Program-made: the position numbers and the translations under genes | Assembly: GCA_964016885.1 (NCBI GenBank) | Contig: OZ024740.1 | Coordinates: 214,024,001 to 214,088,000 of the forward strand | Source of the DNA: Eledone cirrhosa | Taxonomy: Eukaryota | Length of the DNA: 64,000 nt | Direction: 5' to 3' | Shown here: in pieces, positions 39,011 through 52,664 of the stretch | Layout: the number at the start of each line of letters is the position of its first letter | Numbering within the stretch: the stretch's first letter is position 1 | Notes under the pieces: model-generated | The model's database searches: none | Seen by the model: the letters and a program-made list of their open reading frames with translations, nothing else | Told to the model about the DNA's origin: nothing

Positions 39011-39207
39011 TTGACCGGCTTCATTGAGTGTTTTTACTGGTTTCTAGTGGGACATTTAAGAATCCTTCAGTCCCAGATTTGAGTCATTCGCATCTTAGTC
39101 AATGTTGTGAGTTTTCCTTTCTACTTCCTCCTTGTTCAACCTTTTCAGGTACTGGCCATGTAACGCATTTTCTTACCACTATTTTATCATAGCATTCTGA
39201 ACCCCTG

Positions 39208-39350
39208 TCTTCTTCTTCTTCTTCTTCTTCTTCTTCTTCTTCTTCTTCTTCTTCTTCTTCTTCTTCTTCTTCTTCTTCTTCTTCTTCTTCTTCTTCTTCT
39301 TCTTCTTCTTCTTCTTCTTCTTCTTCTTCTTCTTCTTCTTCTTCTTCTTC
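39208..39350. repeat. (TTC)n microsatellite
   Basis: Direct inspection. Confidence 0.98.
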
Positions 39351-39389
39351 GTTTCCCAGTTACATAAAGTCACTGCATTTGTGATAACT

Positions 39390-39900
39390 ATAATCCTTCT
39401 GTATCTGATTTTGTGTGGTTTATTTTACTAAATGCTGTCATTATCATTCTTTCCTTTTTCTCTGTCTAGTCCTGCTTAGTTCATTTATTGTTCAATTGAG
39501 AATATCATTGCTATAGTTTATTATTGAACGACTAGAGTATACTTCTGTTTCTCATACATTTAGCTCTGTTATCTAATGTGTTTATAATATTCTTTCCTAA
39601 TCTTTTCTTACAATGAACAAGACTCTGTCTAGTTCAATGACTCCGAAGTATTTGTATGCCTGTATTGGATCTAATTCTCTTATCTCAGTTTCTTTATCTG
39701 GCACGATATTTGTGTGTTTTAACTAATTTACCTTTCCTAAGCGTTGTCTTGACGTAAGTTTCTAATCTGAATCGCAGATCAATTTCTCTTCTGAGTCTCT
39801 CTACTGTCTCTAGTTTCCATTTGTCTATCATCTGTAACGTATAACTTGACAACGACTACAAATGAGAGATAAATGATTTTCTTGTCATAATATTTATATC
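39390..39900 (-). pseudogene. highly decayed non-LTR RT fragment, probably R4/Dong-type
   Basis: Minus strand AYKYFGV (RT domain 7 YKYLG-like) at ~39640-39660, in purine-rich coding-like sequence with stops. Confidence 0.45.
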
Positions 39901-40029
39901 TCCATTCTCATTTAATATCTCAATTAATTGGGAAGCATTAAGTTTTTATTGTTCCTTGTATTTATTCATAAAATCTTCCATGTATTTTCTTATTATTGAT
40001 GCAACCTTGTATTTCCAGGATCTTCGTGT

Positions 40030-40232
40030 GGAGAATATTGACAAATTATTATTAATGCTTTGTGGTATTTAGTTACGACACTTTGCGTTCTGAGTTCAAA
40101 TCACGCCGAGGATAACTTTGCCTTTCATCCTTACAGGCTCGATAAAATAAAGTACCAGTAACACACTGGGGTCGATTTAATCGATTTCCCACCCCACAGA
40201 AATGTTTGTACCTAAAGTAGAAACAATTATTA
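40030..40232 (+). mobile_element. SINE family A
   Basis: CTGAGTTCAAATCACGCCGAGG..CTTTGCCTTTCATCCTTACAGGCTCGATAAAATAAAGTACCAG. Confidence 0.85.
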
Positions 40233-41419
40233 TTATTAATAATATTGTTATTGTTTGCTTCAGACGTGTATCACTTCGTCTCTCGTAAGTTTCGTGTTTT
40301 CATAGTTTTAAACACGTTCATTGTTGCAGCCTCTGATATTTTCTTGTTAACCTCTTTCACACCCGAAGAGGGAAGTCCCTATTTTGTGCCCTATGGGGCA
40401 GAAATTAAAAGGAAGATTTTTGTATTATTGGTTGAAAAAGAATTGAACAATATGGCGACACCACAACAAAAACTCCCCACCCACTGCCGTCGCTATCATT
40501 ATATAATGTAAACAATTATAAACACGTCAAAAATTACAGAATATTACGTTTTTTCTTGCCTTGGTTACAACCAGCCTGAGTACCGTCACCGCCATCATAG
40601 CAGCAATCAACGCAATAGCAGCAACAACAAGAAGAACAACACCATCAGCAGCAATCAACGAACAGCAGCCATATTTGAATTTTAAGCCAAAGGGTAACAC
40701 ATTTTTATTGAGTAACAGACAAAACTGTAACACCTTCGCTAACCAAAATAACACCAATCAAATTAACACTAATCAATATAACGACAACAACAACGGCAAC
40801 AATATCAGCAACAACAGAAACAACAACAAATGACAACATCAACAATGACTATCAGAATAACAATAAAACAATAACAATAGCTAAACTACTGTAATAGTTT
40901 TAGTACATAACAGCAACTGCACCAACAACAACATTTCTATCGTATCTATATCAGCAATAATAGCAGAGCTCTTTAATATCTACCTGCTTAATAAATATTA
41001 ATGCCTGGCCCAGGTTTCCGAATTGATCAAAGTGGAGAAGAGCCCATCTAGCTATCCTACCAGGTTGATGTCAGCAATTGTCAGATAAACAGTGCTGTAT
41101 CACTGTGTGTTGGTAAAAACCCGACGCCTAGAATATGACACGACTTTGAATTCATCGCAAGGAGTAGAAGCAGTTTGGAGGCGTAAAAGTTATTTTCCCG
41201 CCCTATTTAGGAAAACGAACTGCAGATGATAGGATTTTGGGTGTTTCACCATAGAAGGACATCTGGTGTATTCTGGCCTGCATTGCCCTAGAAGGGAGCG
41301 ATCCTCTCTTGGACGTAAAAGGAACTTGGTGGAAGAAGTGATCTAGGAACACTATTGAGGTCCTGTTTTAAATCAAACTAGAAAACCTGGAGAAGATAAC
41401 AAGCCTTATTCCACCAGTT

Positions 41420-42120
41420 GGACAATGCGGTTGGTAGACATTTTAGGTTAGAGTTCTATAAAGTTGTGGGCAAGAATGACGACGTTCTTAAGGAGATTTT
41501 AGGTTTCGACCAGAATGAACCAGCTAGTTTGTTCCAGAGAACAAGGATTATGAATAATATCCAGAAATACTTGGCCTGGCAGTGTTACGGGGATCACTGT
41601 CGATCCACGACAACCTTTACAACCCACAACGCGCTCAGGATGATGGAACTTTCTGCATGCTCTCGTCTAGTGTCTGTGCATTGCTGACTGGTGAAATTTT
41701 GTTGAACAGCTGTTGATGTGTGAAGACGGATTTGACCACCAGCCGACTCCATCATGAAAATTGCCCTGACACCTTCTTTTTTCCGGGAAGGGTAAGTATT
41801 TTTCCTCTGTTTGGTGGCTATAGTGAAAGAGGTGATGTCGTGGGTGAGACTAAAAGAAATGCAAACAGACAAATTCCTCTTCGGTTAGACTTTCATCGAC
41901 TTTGGGAAGTTCCACTTGGAAAAGAAGGTGATGGTGGAGAGGCAAGTTGTGTCCCTTTATATATCTTAAAAGATGGATGAATGTAGCAACAGAGAGTAGA
42001 GGGAAGAAGGCACTTGACCCTTGTGATCTTGATGATCGGAGTGATCTCGTATCTGTGGGGTTTCTTAATCACCTCTGGGTGGTCCTTCCCCTCTTGGGGA
42101 ATTCTGTTATTCATTTGTTG
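41420..42120 (+). pseudogene. old, decayed Tx1-clade LINE 3' fragment
   Basis: MNNIQKYLAWQCYG and VAIVKEVMSW match the C-terminal region of the 30599 element; many disablements. Confidence 0.75.
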
Positions 42121-42142
42121 ATATTATTATTAGTATTGCTGA

Positions 42143-42375
42143 AGGGCACTGGATTGACAGAATCGTTAGAGCATCGGACAAAATAGTTTATATCATTTAG
42201 TTATGACTCTATGTTTCGAGTTCAATTCTCGCCGAGGTTAAATTTGCCTTTCATCCTTTCCGAGTCAATAAAATAAAGTACTAGTAAAGTACCAGTAAAG
42301 TACTGTGGGTGATTTAATCGACTTCCCCCTCCACCAAATGACTGGTCTTGTGTCTTTATAAGAAACAACTATTAT
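42143..42375 (+). mobile_element. SINE family A
   Basis: GGATTGACAGAATCGTTAGAGC...GAGTTCAATTCTCGCCGAGG..GCCTTTCATCC. Confidence 0.8.
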
Positions 42376-42767
42376 TGCTACATCATCGTTCAACTGGCTT
42401 AGGCTGTATTTCTATCTATAAACTCTTTGTAGATTCTCTTTCTGTCTTTCATTTTATTGTGGTTAGATGTTTTTTAGAGTATGTATATCTATAAAAATGA
42501 AAATGTCTGTCTGTCTGTGTGTGTGTCTGTTCCGCAGCAACTTTTGATCCGCAAGGCCGATTTTCAAAGTTTCTTTTGTAATCAACCACAAATTTATCAG
42601 GGCAGGTCGGCACGATATTGCGAATCATCGACTGCCCCTTTGTCCAAGTAAAAAATTGATAAAACTGACTATAGGTACGACTTTGCACAGAAAAAAATCT
42701 CTATATCTATAAAAATGAAAAAGAAAGAGTGAGAGTGAAAGAAACAGACAGACTAAAAGAGGGGCAT

Positions 42768-42847
<80 letters not shown>

Positions 42848-42974
42848 GGTGTGTTTGATACATGACAGTGGAAGAGAGGAAGGAAAGCTATAACTAATTA
42901 ACATGTATGCGTGTGTGTGTACGTGCACACGTGCGTGCGTGAGTTTGCGTGCTTTTGAGCGTTTGCATGCGTGA

Positions 42975-43043
<69 letters not shown>

Positions 43044-43069
43044 AGGGAAGATTTTTGTCATACGGCTTC

Positions 43070-44303
43070 TCCTTGCCAAGCTTCGACAACACAGACACAT
43101 AGCACTTGCTGTTGCGTCTTCCGGTATTGCAGCAACTTTGCTTCCTGGGGGCAGGACAGCATATTCAGCCTTCAAACTCCCCTTCAATATGACAGCAAAT
43201 GACACACCCTGCTGTAATATTACCAAAGGATCAGAAAAGGCAGAACTGCTTAAAAGGTGTGAACTTATAGTTTAGGACGAATGTACCATGGCTCATAAAG
43301 GAGCTTTGGAGGCACTGAACCGGACTTTAAGAGACATAAGAGACTCCCAGGATCCCATGGGAGGCGTGACTGTCCTTTTATCCGGAGATTTTAGATAAAC
43401 CCTCCCTGTTATTCCCAAAGAACAAGGGCTGATGCTATTCGAACATGCTTAAAGTCGTCTCCGCTTTGGTGTTATGTCACAACATTAACGCTCTCTACGA
43501 ACATGAGACCTCGGATGCTTGGTGACCAAGTGTCATCAGATTTTGCTATCAACCTATTGACACTTGGGAACGGCAAAGTGCGACTTGATAAAGATGAAAA
43601 AATCTCCCTCGAACCGGTCTGCACTTTAGTCGACAGTGCTGGACGACTTGAGAGATGCAGTTTTCTGTGAGTTGAGCACTAACTACCAAAATCCAAACTG
43701 GCTGTGTGAAAGGGCAATACTGGCTCCGAAAAATGAGACTGTCGACAAAATCAACGGACAACTGCTTAAATCTCTTCCTACACCTTCGTGTACATACAAG
43801 TTCATCGATACAGTCACAGACCCCATTAACTACCCAATTGAGTTTCTTAACACATTGAACCCCTCCGGGTTGCCATCTCATCGATTGGAACTTAAGCAAG
43901 GATGCCCAATTATGCTTTTGAGGAATCTACACCCACCAAAACTCTGCAAGGCACCCGCCTTACAGTAAATAAACTAACGCAAAACTTGATCGAGGCGACG
44001 ATTCTCTCGGGGTGTGGAAAAGGGGGAAATGTTTTTATCCCAAGGATTGCCCTTTGTCCGTCAATATCAGAGATCCCCTTTTCATTTAGGAAGCTCCAGT
44101 TTCCAGTTCGTTGTAGTTTCGCTATGACGATAAATAAGTCTCAGGGGCAAACATTGTCCGTCGCGGGAATAAACCTAGAAGAGCCATGCTTTTCGCACGG
44201 TCAGCTATACGTTGGATGTTCCAGAGTGGGAAGCAAAAGAAACTTTTATGCATTTGCTCCAAACGGTAAAACAACAAACATTGTGTACCAAGAAGTTCTG
44301 TAA
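43070..44303 (+). pseudogene. Helitron RepHel PIF1-family helicase domain, disrupted
   Basis: AVASSGIAATLLPGGRTAYS, DECTMAHK, LLSGDFR*, ERAILAPKN, YPIEFLNTL.PSGLP.H.L.LKQGCPIMLLRNL, QFPVRCSFAMTINKSQGQTL and FSHGQLYVGCSRV, with stops and frameshifts. Confidence 0.93.
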
Positions 44304-44498
44304 TCAACACTGCGACACAAATCGTCTTCTAATAATCAAATACCTCGCTGCTTTCAATAATTACCACTGCCTTTTTGAAATCCATAACACCATACTTTTC
44401 GACTTTAAACGTTGTGACCACTTTGAGCTGCACGGTATTGAAATGCACGTTCCCCTCTGGTTGGTTGAGCCAGTTTTCCATGGATTCGCCAGCGCATG

Positions 44499-45135
44499 CA
44501 GCAGACGTTGAATCACATGTCTTTGCTGCCGCAGTTGACGCCGTGTTTCGGTTGATACAGCTCAAACAGCAGACGTTGACTCACAGTTCTTTGCTGCCGC
44601 AGTTGACGCCGTGTTTCGGTTGATACAGCTCAAACAGCAGACGTTGACTCACAGTTCTTTGCTGCCGCAGTTGACGCCGTGTTTCGGTTGATACAGCTCA
44701 AACAGTAGACGTTGACTCACAGTTCTTTGCTGCCGCAGTTGACGCCGTGTTTCGGTTGATACAGCTCAAACAGCAGACGTTGACTCACAGTTCTTTGCTG
44801 CCGCAGTTGACGCTGTGTTTCGGTTGATGCAGCTCGAGCTGCGGAAGTTGACTCCCATTTCTTTGTTGCCGCAGTTGACGCTTTGTTTCGGTTGATGCAG
44901 CTCGAGCTGCGGAAGTTGCCTCAACATTTCTATGCCGCCGTAATGAACGCTGTGGTTCGTTCTCTGCATCTCCTGCAACAGACGTTGCCTCAATATTTGC
45001 TTTCTGTCGCAGTGAGGGTTGAGAATCGTTTTCTGCACCCCAAGCAGCAGCAGTTGCCTCAGCATTTATTTGCTTTCGCATCGAACGTTGTATTTCGTTT
45101 TCTGCATCTCGTGCAATAGAAGTTGCTTCAGCATT
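44499..45135 (-). repeat. 68/69-bp tandem repeat inside the Helitron, derived from a 23-aa coding repeat
   Basis: 69-bp period at 44915/44984/45053/45122 encodes NAEATAAAWGAENDSQPSLRQ-like units on the minus strand. Near-identical 68-bp copies at 44567/44635/44703/44771. Confidence 0.9.
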
Positions 45136-46294
45136 TTTCTTTTGGCGTAATAATCGCTATTCGTTATTCTCTGTTACTTTTGCAATCGAGGTTGGTGCAG
45201 AATTTGTGTTGAGGAATTTTGAGCGTCCTTCATGTTTGGTCTATGTCACTGCAATCAGTCTAAGGAAAGCAACGTCACAGTTTCTATTGGCTGCCACAAC
45301 CATACAGAATGGTAAGCATTTCAAACTACATAAATCATTAGAATGCCTACATATACGCAATGCATAACGAAAAATGTACATGTTTCTACTGTAGCAAACG
45401 TATGCCCCCCCCCCCCCATTATTTGTACCTTTCACTCAAAGTCGTCATACATTATCTCCGTCATCCCGCAACGACTTCAGTCCCTGAATTGCCAAAGATC
45501 CCACATTATTGTCATAAATTCCATCTGACTCACTTTTGGGCTGCTGACTTCCTTGTGGCATAGTTCGCGTTTGGAGCTTCACCGCGTCAACGTCACACTT
45601 TTACACTCATTCACCTTTCATATGCCATAACATTTTACCGTTTTTACATCGAACAACACATACTTCTTATGGTTAAAAATAAATGTTTTTTTGGGGTTCG
45701 TGCTACGTTGTTTTCTCTTTAAAAAAATTATTTACTAATGGTAGATTTACACCCGGGCAACGCCGGGTATGACTGCTAGTAAACAATATTTAAATGATAG
45801 AATATAAAGAAAATGAAAGTATCATCCAACTGAAGTGAAATGAGAGTAAAGTTCATATATTTCCTTCAACTATCAGATACATGTTCCGTTCACTGGGTAG
45901 CTAATGAGGTAATGGAATCAGTGTGAACCAGATTAGAGCATCTAACTAGGCTCTTTAGAGACGATGCCGGAAATATTTCCCAACTTTTGACATCATTATA
46001 CTTCATTAACCTATTGGAGATTGAAACATTTAATCACTCTATAAATATTAATGAGACTGTAAACATCTTTACTATAAAATAACCCCCCCCCCCCACATCC
46101 CTCCATTGACAGCTGTTACTATTTCATATTTCTTTACTTGCTGGAAATATCTTTAAAAAAAAAATAACACCTTTGTCATTATATTCTGCGATTGGTATAG
46201 TTTGTAGTCTTAAGGAAGACACTCTTCCTACTCCAGTTCATCTGGGTTCACGTGATGGTAAATATACATGGATGTATGGTCCCATAACTCCTGA

Positions 46295-46615
46295 GGGTGT
46301 CGTGGTGGCGCCGTGTTGACATACGGTGTTTCTAGTGCATTTTGGTTTTAAACCTTGCGCAACCCGGTCCTCTTCAGGTCTGAATGCAGCAGATTTCTTC
46401 CAGAGAAGGATAGACTGAGTGAGAGTATGGAAGTGAGAAAGAGATATAGAGGAAGAATAGACCCCAGTACCAGACTGGTATTTTTTTTTTTTATCAACCT
46501 CGAAAGAATGAAAGGAAAAGTTGACCTCGGCGGGATTTGAACTCAGAGAGGAGAGAGTCGGAACAAATACTGCAAATAATTCTATCTGAAGTTCTAACGA
46601 CTCTGCTAATTCGCA
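46295..46615 (-). mobile_element. SINE variant A'
   Basis: Matches 8765-9080 along its length. Confidence 0.8.
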
Positions 46616-48052
46616 GCTCTGGTGAATACATAGTACAGTAATTGGCAATCGTAGAATGTTTTTTTTCTTCTGTTTATACTGTATAATTTGTATTTCGAAT
46701 ATTGAGATTTGATGTGATATTTAAAATATACTCCAACTCATTTTTCTCAATTACAAATTGTTTATGGCGGAACTAATGATATGCAAATGTTTTTCACCTG
46801 AGTTGGTTTTAGAAGCTTGTATTTCCATCATTTTTGCTTGTACGGTTTGTGATTATCCTTAAACAGTTGGCATAGATATATTATATTGAGAATATAATAT
46901 GACACCAAACTTGTTGTTAGGGCACATACAGAATTCACATCTATTTAGAAGAGAGTATGAGAGCGATAGAGTGAGGAAGAGCGATATAGAGAGAGAAAAA
47001 AGAAGAAAAATGAAGAGTGAGAGAACGAAAAAGAAAGATGAAAAATATAAACTTATTTCTGTTGTATATTATTTATTTTGGAAAGGTGTCTGTTAATATG
47101 GTACCGCTGTTGGCGTGGATGGTATAACGGCGAAATAACCGTGTCGTTAAAGTGTAGAACAAAATACTTTATATTATTTATTTCAGCTGTATGCATGTTG
47201 AGTTCAAGTCCCGCTGAAATCAACCTTTTTCTTTCATCCTTAATAATATACTGTTCGAAGTTGTGAAGTGTGATCCTGTTGTTCGATCAACTGAAGGCCA
47301 GCTTATGAAATTAACGTGTAAGTTATGAGCATTCCATAGGCACGTGTAGCCTTAACGTGAATCGCAAAAAATGTCACATATCAAGGGATGCCTGTACTTG
47401 AAGCTTTTTTGAATGAGGTAAGGCTTTGCACGGGGCCAATCCCACTCTGAACATCGAATGCATTTACCCAAAAAGTTGAACTTGTCTACATCATTGGATG
47501 CTAACGAAGTCGCAGGTTTTATATCAGAGTGACCTTCTCCTAGAGAGATAGAGAGATGTCTTGGTGAAGACTAGGAGTTTGTCGCTACACACATACAAAT
47601 ATTTTATTGGATGGCCGTTGACTCTCCTGAATTCCTCCGCCCTTTGATGGGTCTGTTTTTCATCCCGCAGGGATTACCAGTTTAGTCACCAACGATCCGA
47701 CCATACATACATACACACATACACATACATACATACATACATACATACATACATACATACATACATACATACATAAATATTCTTCTCAAGTAACCCAGTT
47801 CACCTTCTTTAGATTGATACACTTACTTGGATAGATTACGTCACCATAAAGAGTGAGGAACACTGTGTAATTAACGAGTGCTTTTTTAACATATCAGTGC
47901 TAGACTCCTGTCTGCTTAGAAACCCATAGAAAGCAATGGTAAGTTATTCCAAGATTAACACTCTCAGAGGTTCCATAATGTCTCAGATATTACAGGGTGA
48001 GTCATAAATAAGCGGGCAGTCCAACATTTATATTCCAAAAGATATTTACTAA

Positions 48053-48053
<1 letters not shown>

Positions 48054-48083
<30 letters not shown>

Positions 48084-48650
48084 CTTCTTCTTCTTCTTCT
48101 TCTTCTTCTTCTTCTTCTTCTTCTTCTTCTTCTTCTTCTTCTTCTTCTTCTTCTTCTTCTTCTTCTTCTTCTTCTTCTTCTTCTTCTTCTTCTTCTTCTT
48201 CTTCTTCTTCTTCTTCTTCTTCTTCTTCTTCTTCTTCTTCTTCTTCACCCACTTATTCCTAAGAGGGTCCTGGGAATAGAGTCCTCAAACACCCCTTCCA
48301 GCGGGTCCTGTCAGAAGCAACTACCTCCAACTGATCCAGGTGGATCCTCAAACGAGACTAGCCAAGCTCATGAATGTTACCCAACCATCTTGCTCGGGGT
48401 CTACCCCTGGGTCTCCTGCCCGTAAAATCTGCCATATTCTTTCTCGACACATTCTAAACACATGCCCAAAGTATTGGAGCTGTGATCTCTCAATTCAGAG
48501 AAGTAGTGGCTCTACATGGAGTGACTCTCTGATCTCTGAGTTAAACATTCTATCGAGTAACGTTACTCCAAAGACCCTTCGGAGGAACCCCATTTAGGCC
48601 GCTTTTATTCACAATCGTATACTTTCGGTCATTACCCGTGAATTTTGGTC
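48054..48650 (-). mobile_element. RTE LINE 3' fragment with a ~190-bp (GAA)n tail
   Basis: Minus strand LRRVFGVTLLDRMFNSEIRESLHVEPLLL*IERSQLQYFGHVFRM and RPRGRPRARWLG. (TTC)n at 48054-48246 lies at its 3' end. Confidence 0.85.
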
Positions 48651-48749
48651 ATAGAGTACAAAATTATAAAAACATCAAACAAAAGTAATTAAAAATATAT
48701 AATTAAAGTAAGTGCTTGAAAAGCTGACCCCGTTTCGCATTATATTGTA

Positions 48750-48962
48750 AACGTTGCCTTTCATCCTTACGGGGTCGATAAAATAAAGTACCTGTAATAC
48801 ACTGGGTAATTGCTGGCCTTGTGCCAGAAGTAGAAACAGTTATATGTATTTATATTTGTGTTTATCAACGACATTATATTTTATCCTTACGGGGTCGATA
48901 AAATAAAGTACCAGTAATGCACTGGGTAATTGCAGGCCTTGTGCCTAAAGTAGAAACAATTA
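48750..48962 (+). mobile_element. two 5'-truncated SINE family A copies in tandem
   Basis: ATCCTTACGGGGTCGATAAAATAAAGTACC...GGCCTTGTGCC..AAGTAGAAACA appears twice. Confidence 0.85.
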
Positions 48963-49412
48963 TATTTGTAATTAGCCCTTGTGGTCAATAAAGAAACCAT
49001 TATATTGTGGTCAATAAAGAAACCATATTATTCTGAAACAATTGTGAGCAATTTGTAATATTATTTATGTATATTTGTAATGTTATTTATGTTTTTGTAA
49101 TGTTACGTATTTATATATATATGTAATTTTACTTATGTATATATGTAATGTTATTTATACAACTGTGAATATAATATAAACAGGGTAGTTTTGACCCCAC
49201 TTTTCCTTCATCTTTTTCTTCTTACGTATGAGTTGGTCTCAGGTTGTTGTCGTTCATCTAATCGATATACGAGATCAGTGATCAGTGATCAGAGATCAGT
49301 GATCAGAGATCGGTGATCAGAGATCAGAGAATAGTTTCCAGGGCCAATCACGAAGAGGTCGACAAAACTTGGGTTCCAATATCTTCTTTAGATCCAGAAC
49401 CTGCTGCTGCTG

Positions 49413-49476
<64 letters not shown>

Positions 49477-49477
49477 C

Positions 49478-51008
49478 AATAATGGTTTCATTTATTGGCC
49501 ACAAGGATCGACATATAGGGGACAATACGAAAGACTGGGACAGTGGGGGTTTACATATACAACGTGTAAACAATATAAATAACGATAACAAAATAACAAG
49601 AAAAATACAAGAAAAATTCCCCAATAGTGAGGATGACCACCCAGGGTTCGCTCAGGTACCCCACCAATCCTGAACGACCCACCTACAGGCGCATGATCAG
49701 AGTAGGATCACTCACACAGGCCATTCTCGCCACATTCACCCACCTTTCAGTAGATGTACTGGGGGCAGCACTTCTCTCTCCACCATCACCTTTCTTTCCA
49801 AGTGAAACTTGAAAAAGTTGATGAGGGATTGGCCGAAGAGAAAAGTGTCTGTCTTCAGTCCTTTCAACCTGGGCCACCATACAACCTCTTTCGCTACTGC
49901 CACCAGACAGAGGAAAATTGCTTGCCCTTCCTGGCCAAAAGGAGGCGGCGGGTCGATCTTCACTATGGACTCGGCCGATAGCCGGATCCGTTTTACTCGC
50001 GACAACAGCTGTTCGATATAACTCCACAAGTCAGTAATGCACGGACACTGGAAAAGTGCGTGCAGAACAGCTTTGTCGCTCTGTGTGCATCTCCGGCAGG
50101 TCCGTCTGACAGCACTTCCGTGCCTCTAGAGTTTATCTCGAACCGGCAGTGCCCCCGGTAGCACTGCCAAGCGAGGGATTTTTGGAAATTATCCATCGTC
50201 CCCGGCTCGAAAGTCCCCCGGAACAGACTGGTTACTTCGACTTCGTCGACGCCCAGAGCCTCCCCGAGTGCGTCGTCGCACTTGCCCACCACTAATCCTC
50301 TATAGAACTCGAGAGTGGAAGTTCCACTGACCGCATAGCCCGCCTGGTAGAGGGCAGTGAGTGATTGGCAACATTCCAGATGTCAGTCACCCAGTCTCGG
50401 TTTCTTCTTGACCCAGGACTGCAGCTCAGTCAAAGAGACGAGCTGCGGAAAGGCCCGTCTGATAAACGGCGACCACACCTGTTCACCGTTTAGGCAGAAT
50501 ATCTAGAGATGCCGCAGCCTCAGCGCATGTCTGCGCATCCTTAACCACGGCATACCCAGCCCTCCACGTAGAGGGTGCTGGCAGCAGTGGACCGCCTCAC
50601 CACGAAACCTGTCCCCTCCACAAGAATTTGAAGAGGAGCCGTTCCAAGTTGGCGAGGCGCGAACGGGGGAAAAGGACAACGTCAGGCGGTAGTAGATGAC
50701 GGACACAATGTACGCATTCTCCACTTCCGCCCGACCTTTCAGTGATAGCTTCCTCGCAGCCCATTTCTGGGTGAGAGTGGCTACCCTGCTCGTCACCTCG
50801 TCTCAATTCTTATCCAACTGGAGGTCTGGCCCGAACCAAACCCCGAGCAACTTTACCGGTCCGTCCGTCCAGCGCCCAACGACGCTGTTGGACGGCATGG
50901 ACTTGCCTCTCCAGGTGCCGAGTTGCAAGCCCACCGACTTTTCCGAGTTAAGTTTTGCTCCCGTCAACCTTTCATATTCCTCCAATAAGTTACCGACCAC
51001 CTCGATTT
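49478..51008 (-). mobile_element. 5'-truncated Tx1-clade LINE, disrupted, followed by (TAG)n
   Basis: Minus-strand fragments [52 protein letters not shown] and [15 protein letters not shown], homologous to the 30599 copy. AATAAA near 49490, then (TAG)n at 49413-49476. Confidence 0.92.
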
Positions 51009-51789
51009 GCCGTAGCAATTTATTTGTGCCCTCAGCTGGGCTTTTTAGTTTTAAGATGGTTAGAATTTTTGAATTTAATACCTGAATGTATAACTTTTCA
51101 ATTCCAATTACTTGCGCCTAGCTAACTTTGATATGTAAAATTGGGTGAGCGGTGGTGTATTCTAATTTTTTGTGTATGAGGGGGGCCCTCTAAACCTGAA
51201 GTGCCTCGGACCCCCCAAGGCCTAAATCTAACTCTGAGTGACTGTTATTTCTGGACAGGTTACGGTTCTCTGTCACCCACACTGCTGGTTCTCATTGGGA
51301 AATAATGAATACTACAACATCCCATCTCCTCTTCTTTTAATATTTAACGGCTTTGTGCTTTGTAAAGTCAAGAAACGATTTCAAATTCTTGAGGGTTATA
51401 ACCCCTTTCTACGTGGAATGGTCATCTTATTTTTAGTTTGGTTTATACCATATTTATAATGCATGTACATTTCGTTTGTTGAGCTGCAAAACCCATCTAA
51501 ATTTATCTAAGTTTATTTTTATATTTTTGGAGCAAACGCGGATCAGTTAATAGCAGATAATGGAAGGCAAGACAAATGGTCGCTAGTTCGTAACCTCCCT
51601 TCATTTGTAGTTTAAAAAATATAAAATTGTTTTTCAATATTGCGGCGCTTGTGGTTACAAACGAGAAAGAAAGAGAAGTCAGATAAGTGTATTATCTCCC
51701 CTTATATAACATAAAGAGGGAGAGTAGAGTTAACACCACCCCTTCTCATCGGAAAAATTGACAGTTTTTACTTTATGGGAAACTCCGTA

Positions 51790-52300
51790 GAGGCAGAAGT
51801 TGATAAACGTGATCTCAGTGGGGCTCTGTCCTATTTAAATCAATTCAAATCTTTCGATAGGTTCAACCATTAATATTTAGCAGTAGTTCTCAGTGCATAC
51901 GTTCTGCTACGTTTCCAGAGGAGGCAATATCACTGACAAAAGGTCTTATTTAGACGCTGGGCACCTGGTATCGTTCAGGACTCCAAGTGGATAGAAATTG
52001 GGACAAAGTTACGATGTGTCCCCTTTTATCCAAAAATGGGCTGAGCGGAAGCAATCCCTGAAATGTCGGACAGAGAGGTAAACGAATACATTGCTTCTGC
52101 TTTTTATTACGATCTATTGTGTCCTGTCCCCTTAGACTGGAACGTTTACCTTTTCAGTTTTTGTAGAAGCAACGCGTTCCAATAAACAAAAGATCAATCT
52201 ACTGCCAACACGATGTACGCGTAGTGCTCGGAATGTCGTGGTTGATAAGGCAGAAGCGTAACTTGAGAGCACGGCATCTACAGAAGGACGGTAGGAAAGG
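51790..52300 (+). pseudogene. very old Tx1-clade RT fragment
   Basis: GALSYLNQFKSFDRFNH*YLAVVL, WYRSGLQVDRNWDKVT and KWAERKQSLK align by eye to the 30599 ORF; large internal deletions. Confidence 0.7.
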
Positions 52301-52664
52301 GGAGTTACTATTTGTGAAGCTCATCTTCCTAAAGCTCATATCTTAGATGGAGCTACTTCAAACGAAAACCTGCATTAAGCCCCTAGGATTTGGAATGTTG
52401 TCAGGTACTGACAGTTCCCTACCTGCCGAGCAATGCAGTTAGGGGTAGATCAAAGTGTGCATTCTATATAATGTTAGTGGTGGGCAAGAGAAGCATTATT
52501 CTCGAGGAAATTCCGAACAGTCTTTTGGACTTTAATCTCGGTGACTATGGATAACTAAGCATTATAGACTTGCAGTTCTATGGAGTGTTGATTGTTAGTT
52601 AAGGATAAACACTAAATGTTATGGTCCTTTACCTCGCAATTTGAGAATAGCTGTACAATATATT

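Larger units (their letters stand above)
42488..45779 (+). mobile_element. decayed, internally deleted and rearranged Helitron
   Basis: 5' A|TCTATAAAAATGAAAATGTCTGTC, 3' hairpin ACCCGG-GCAACG-CCGGGT (45751-45768) then CTAG|T, no TSD, and an internal PIF1 helicase. Confidence 0.88.
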
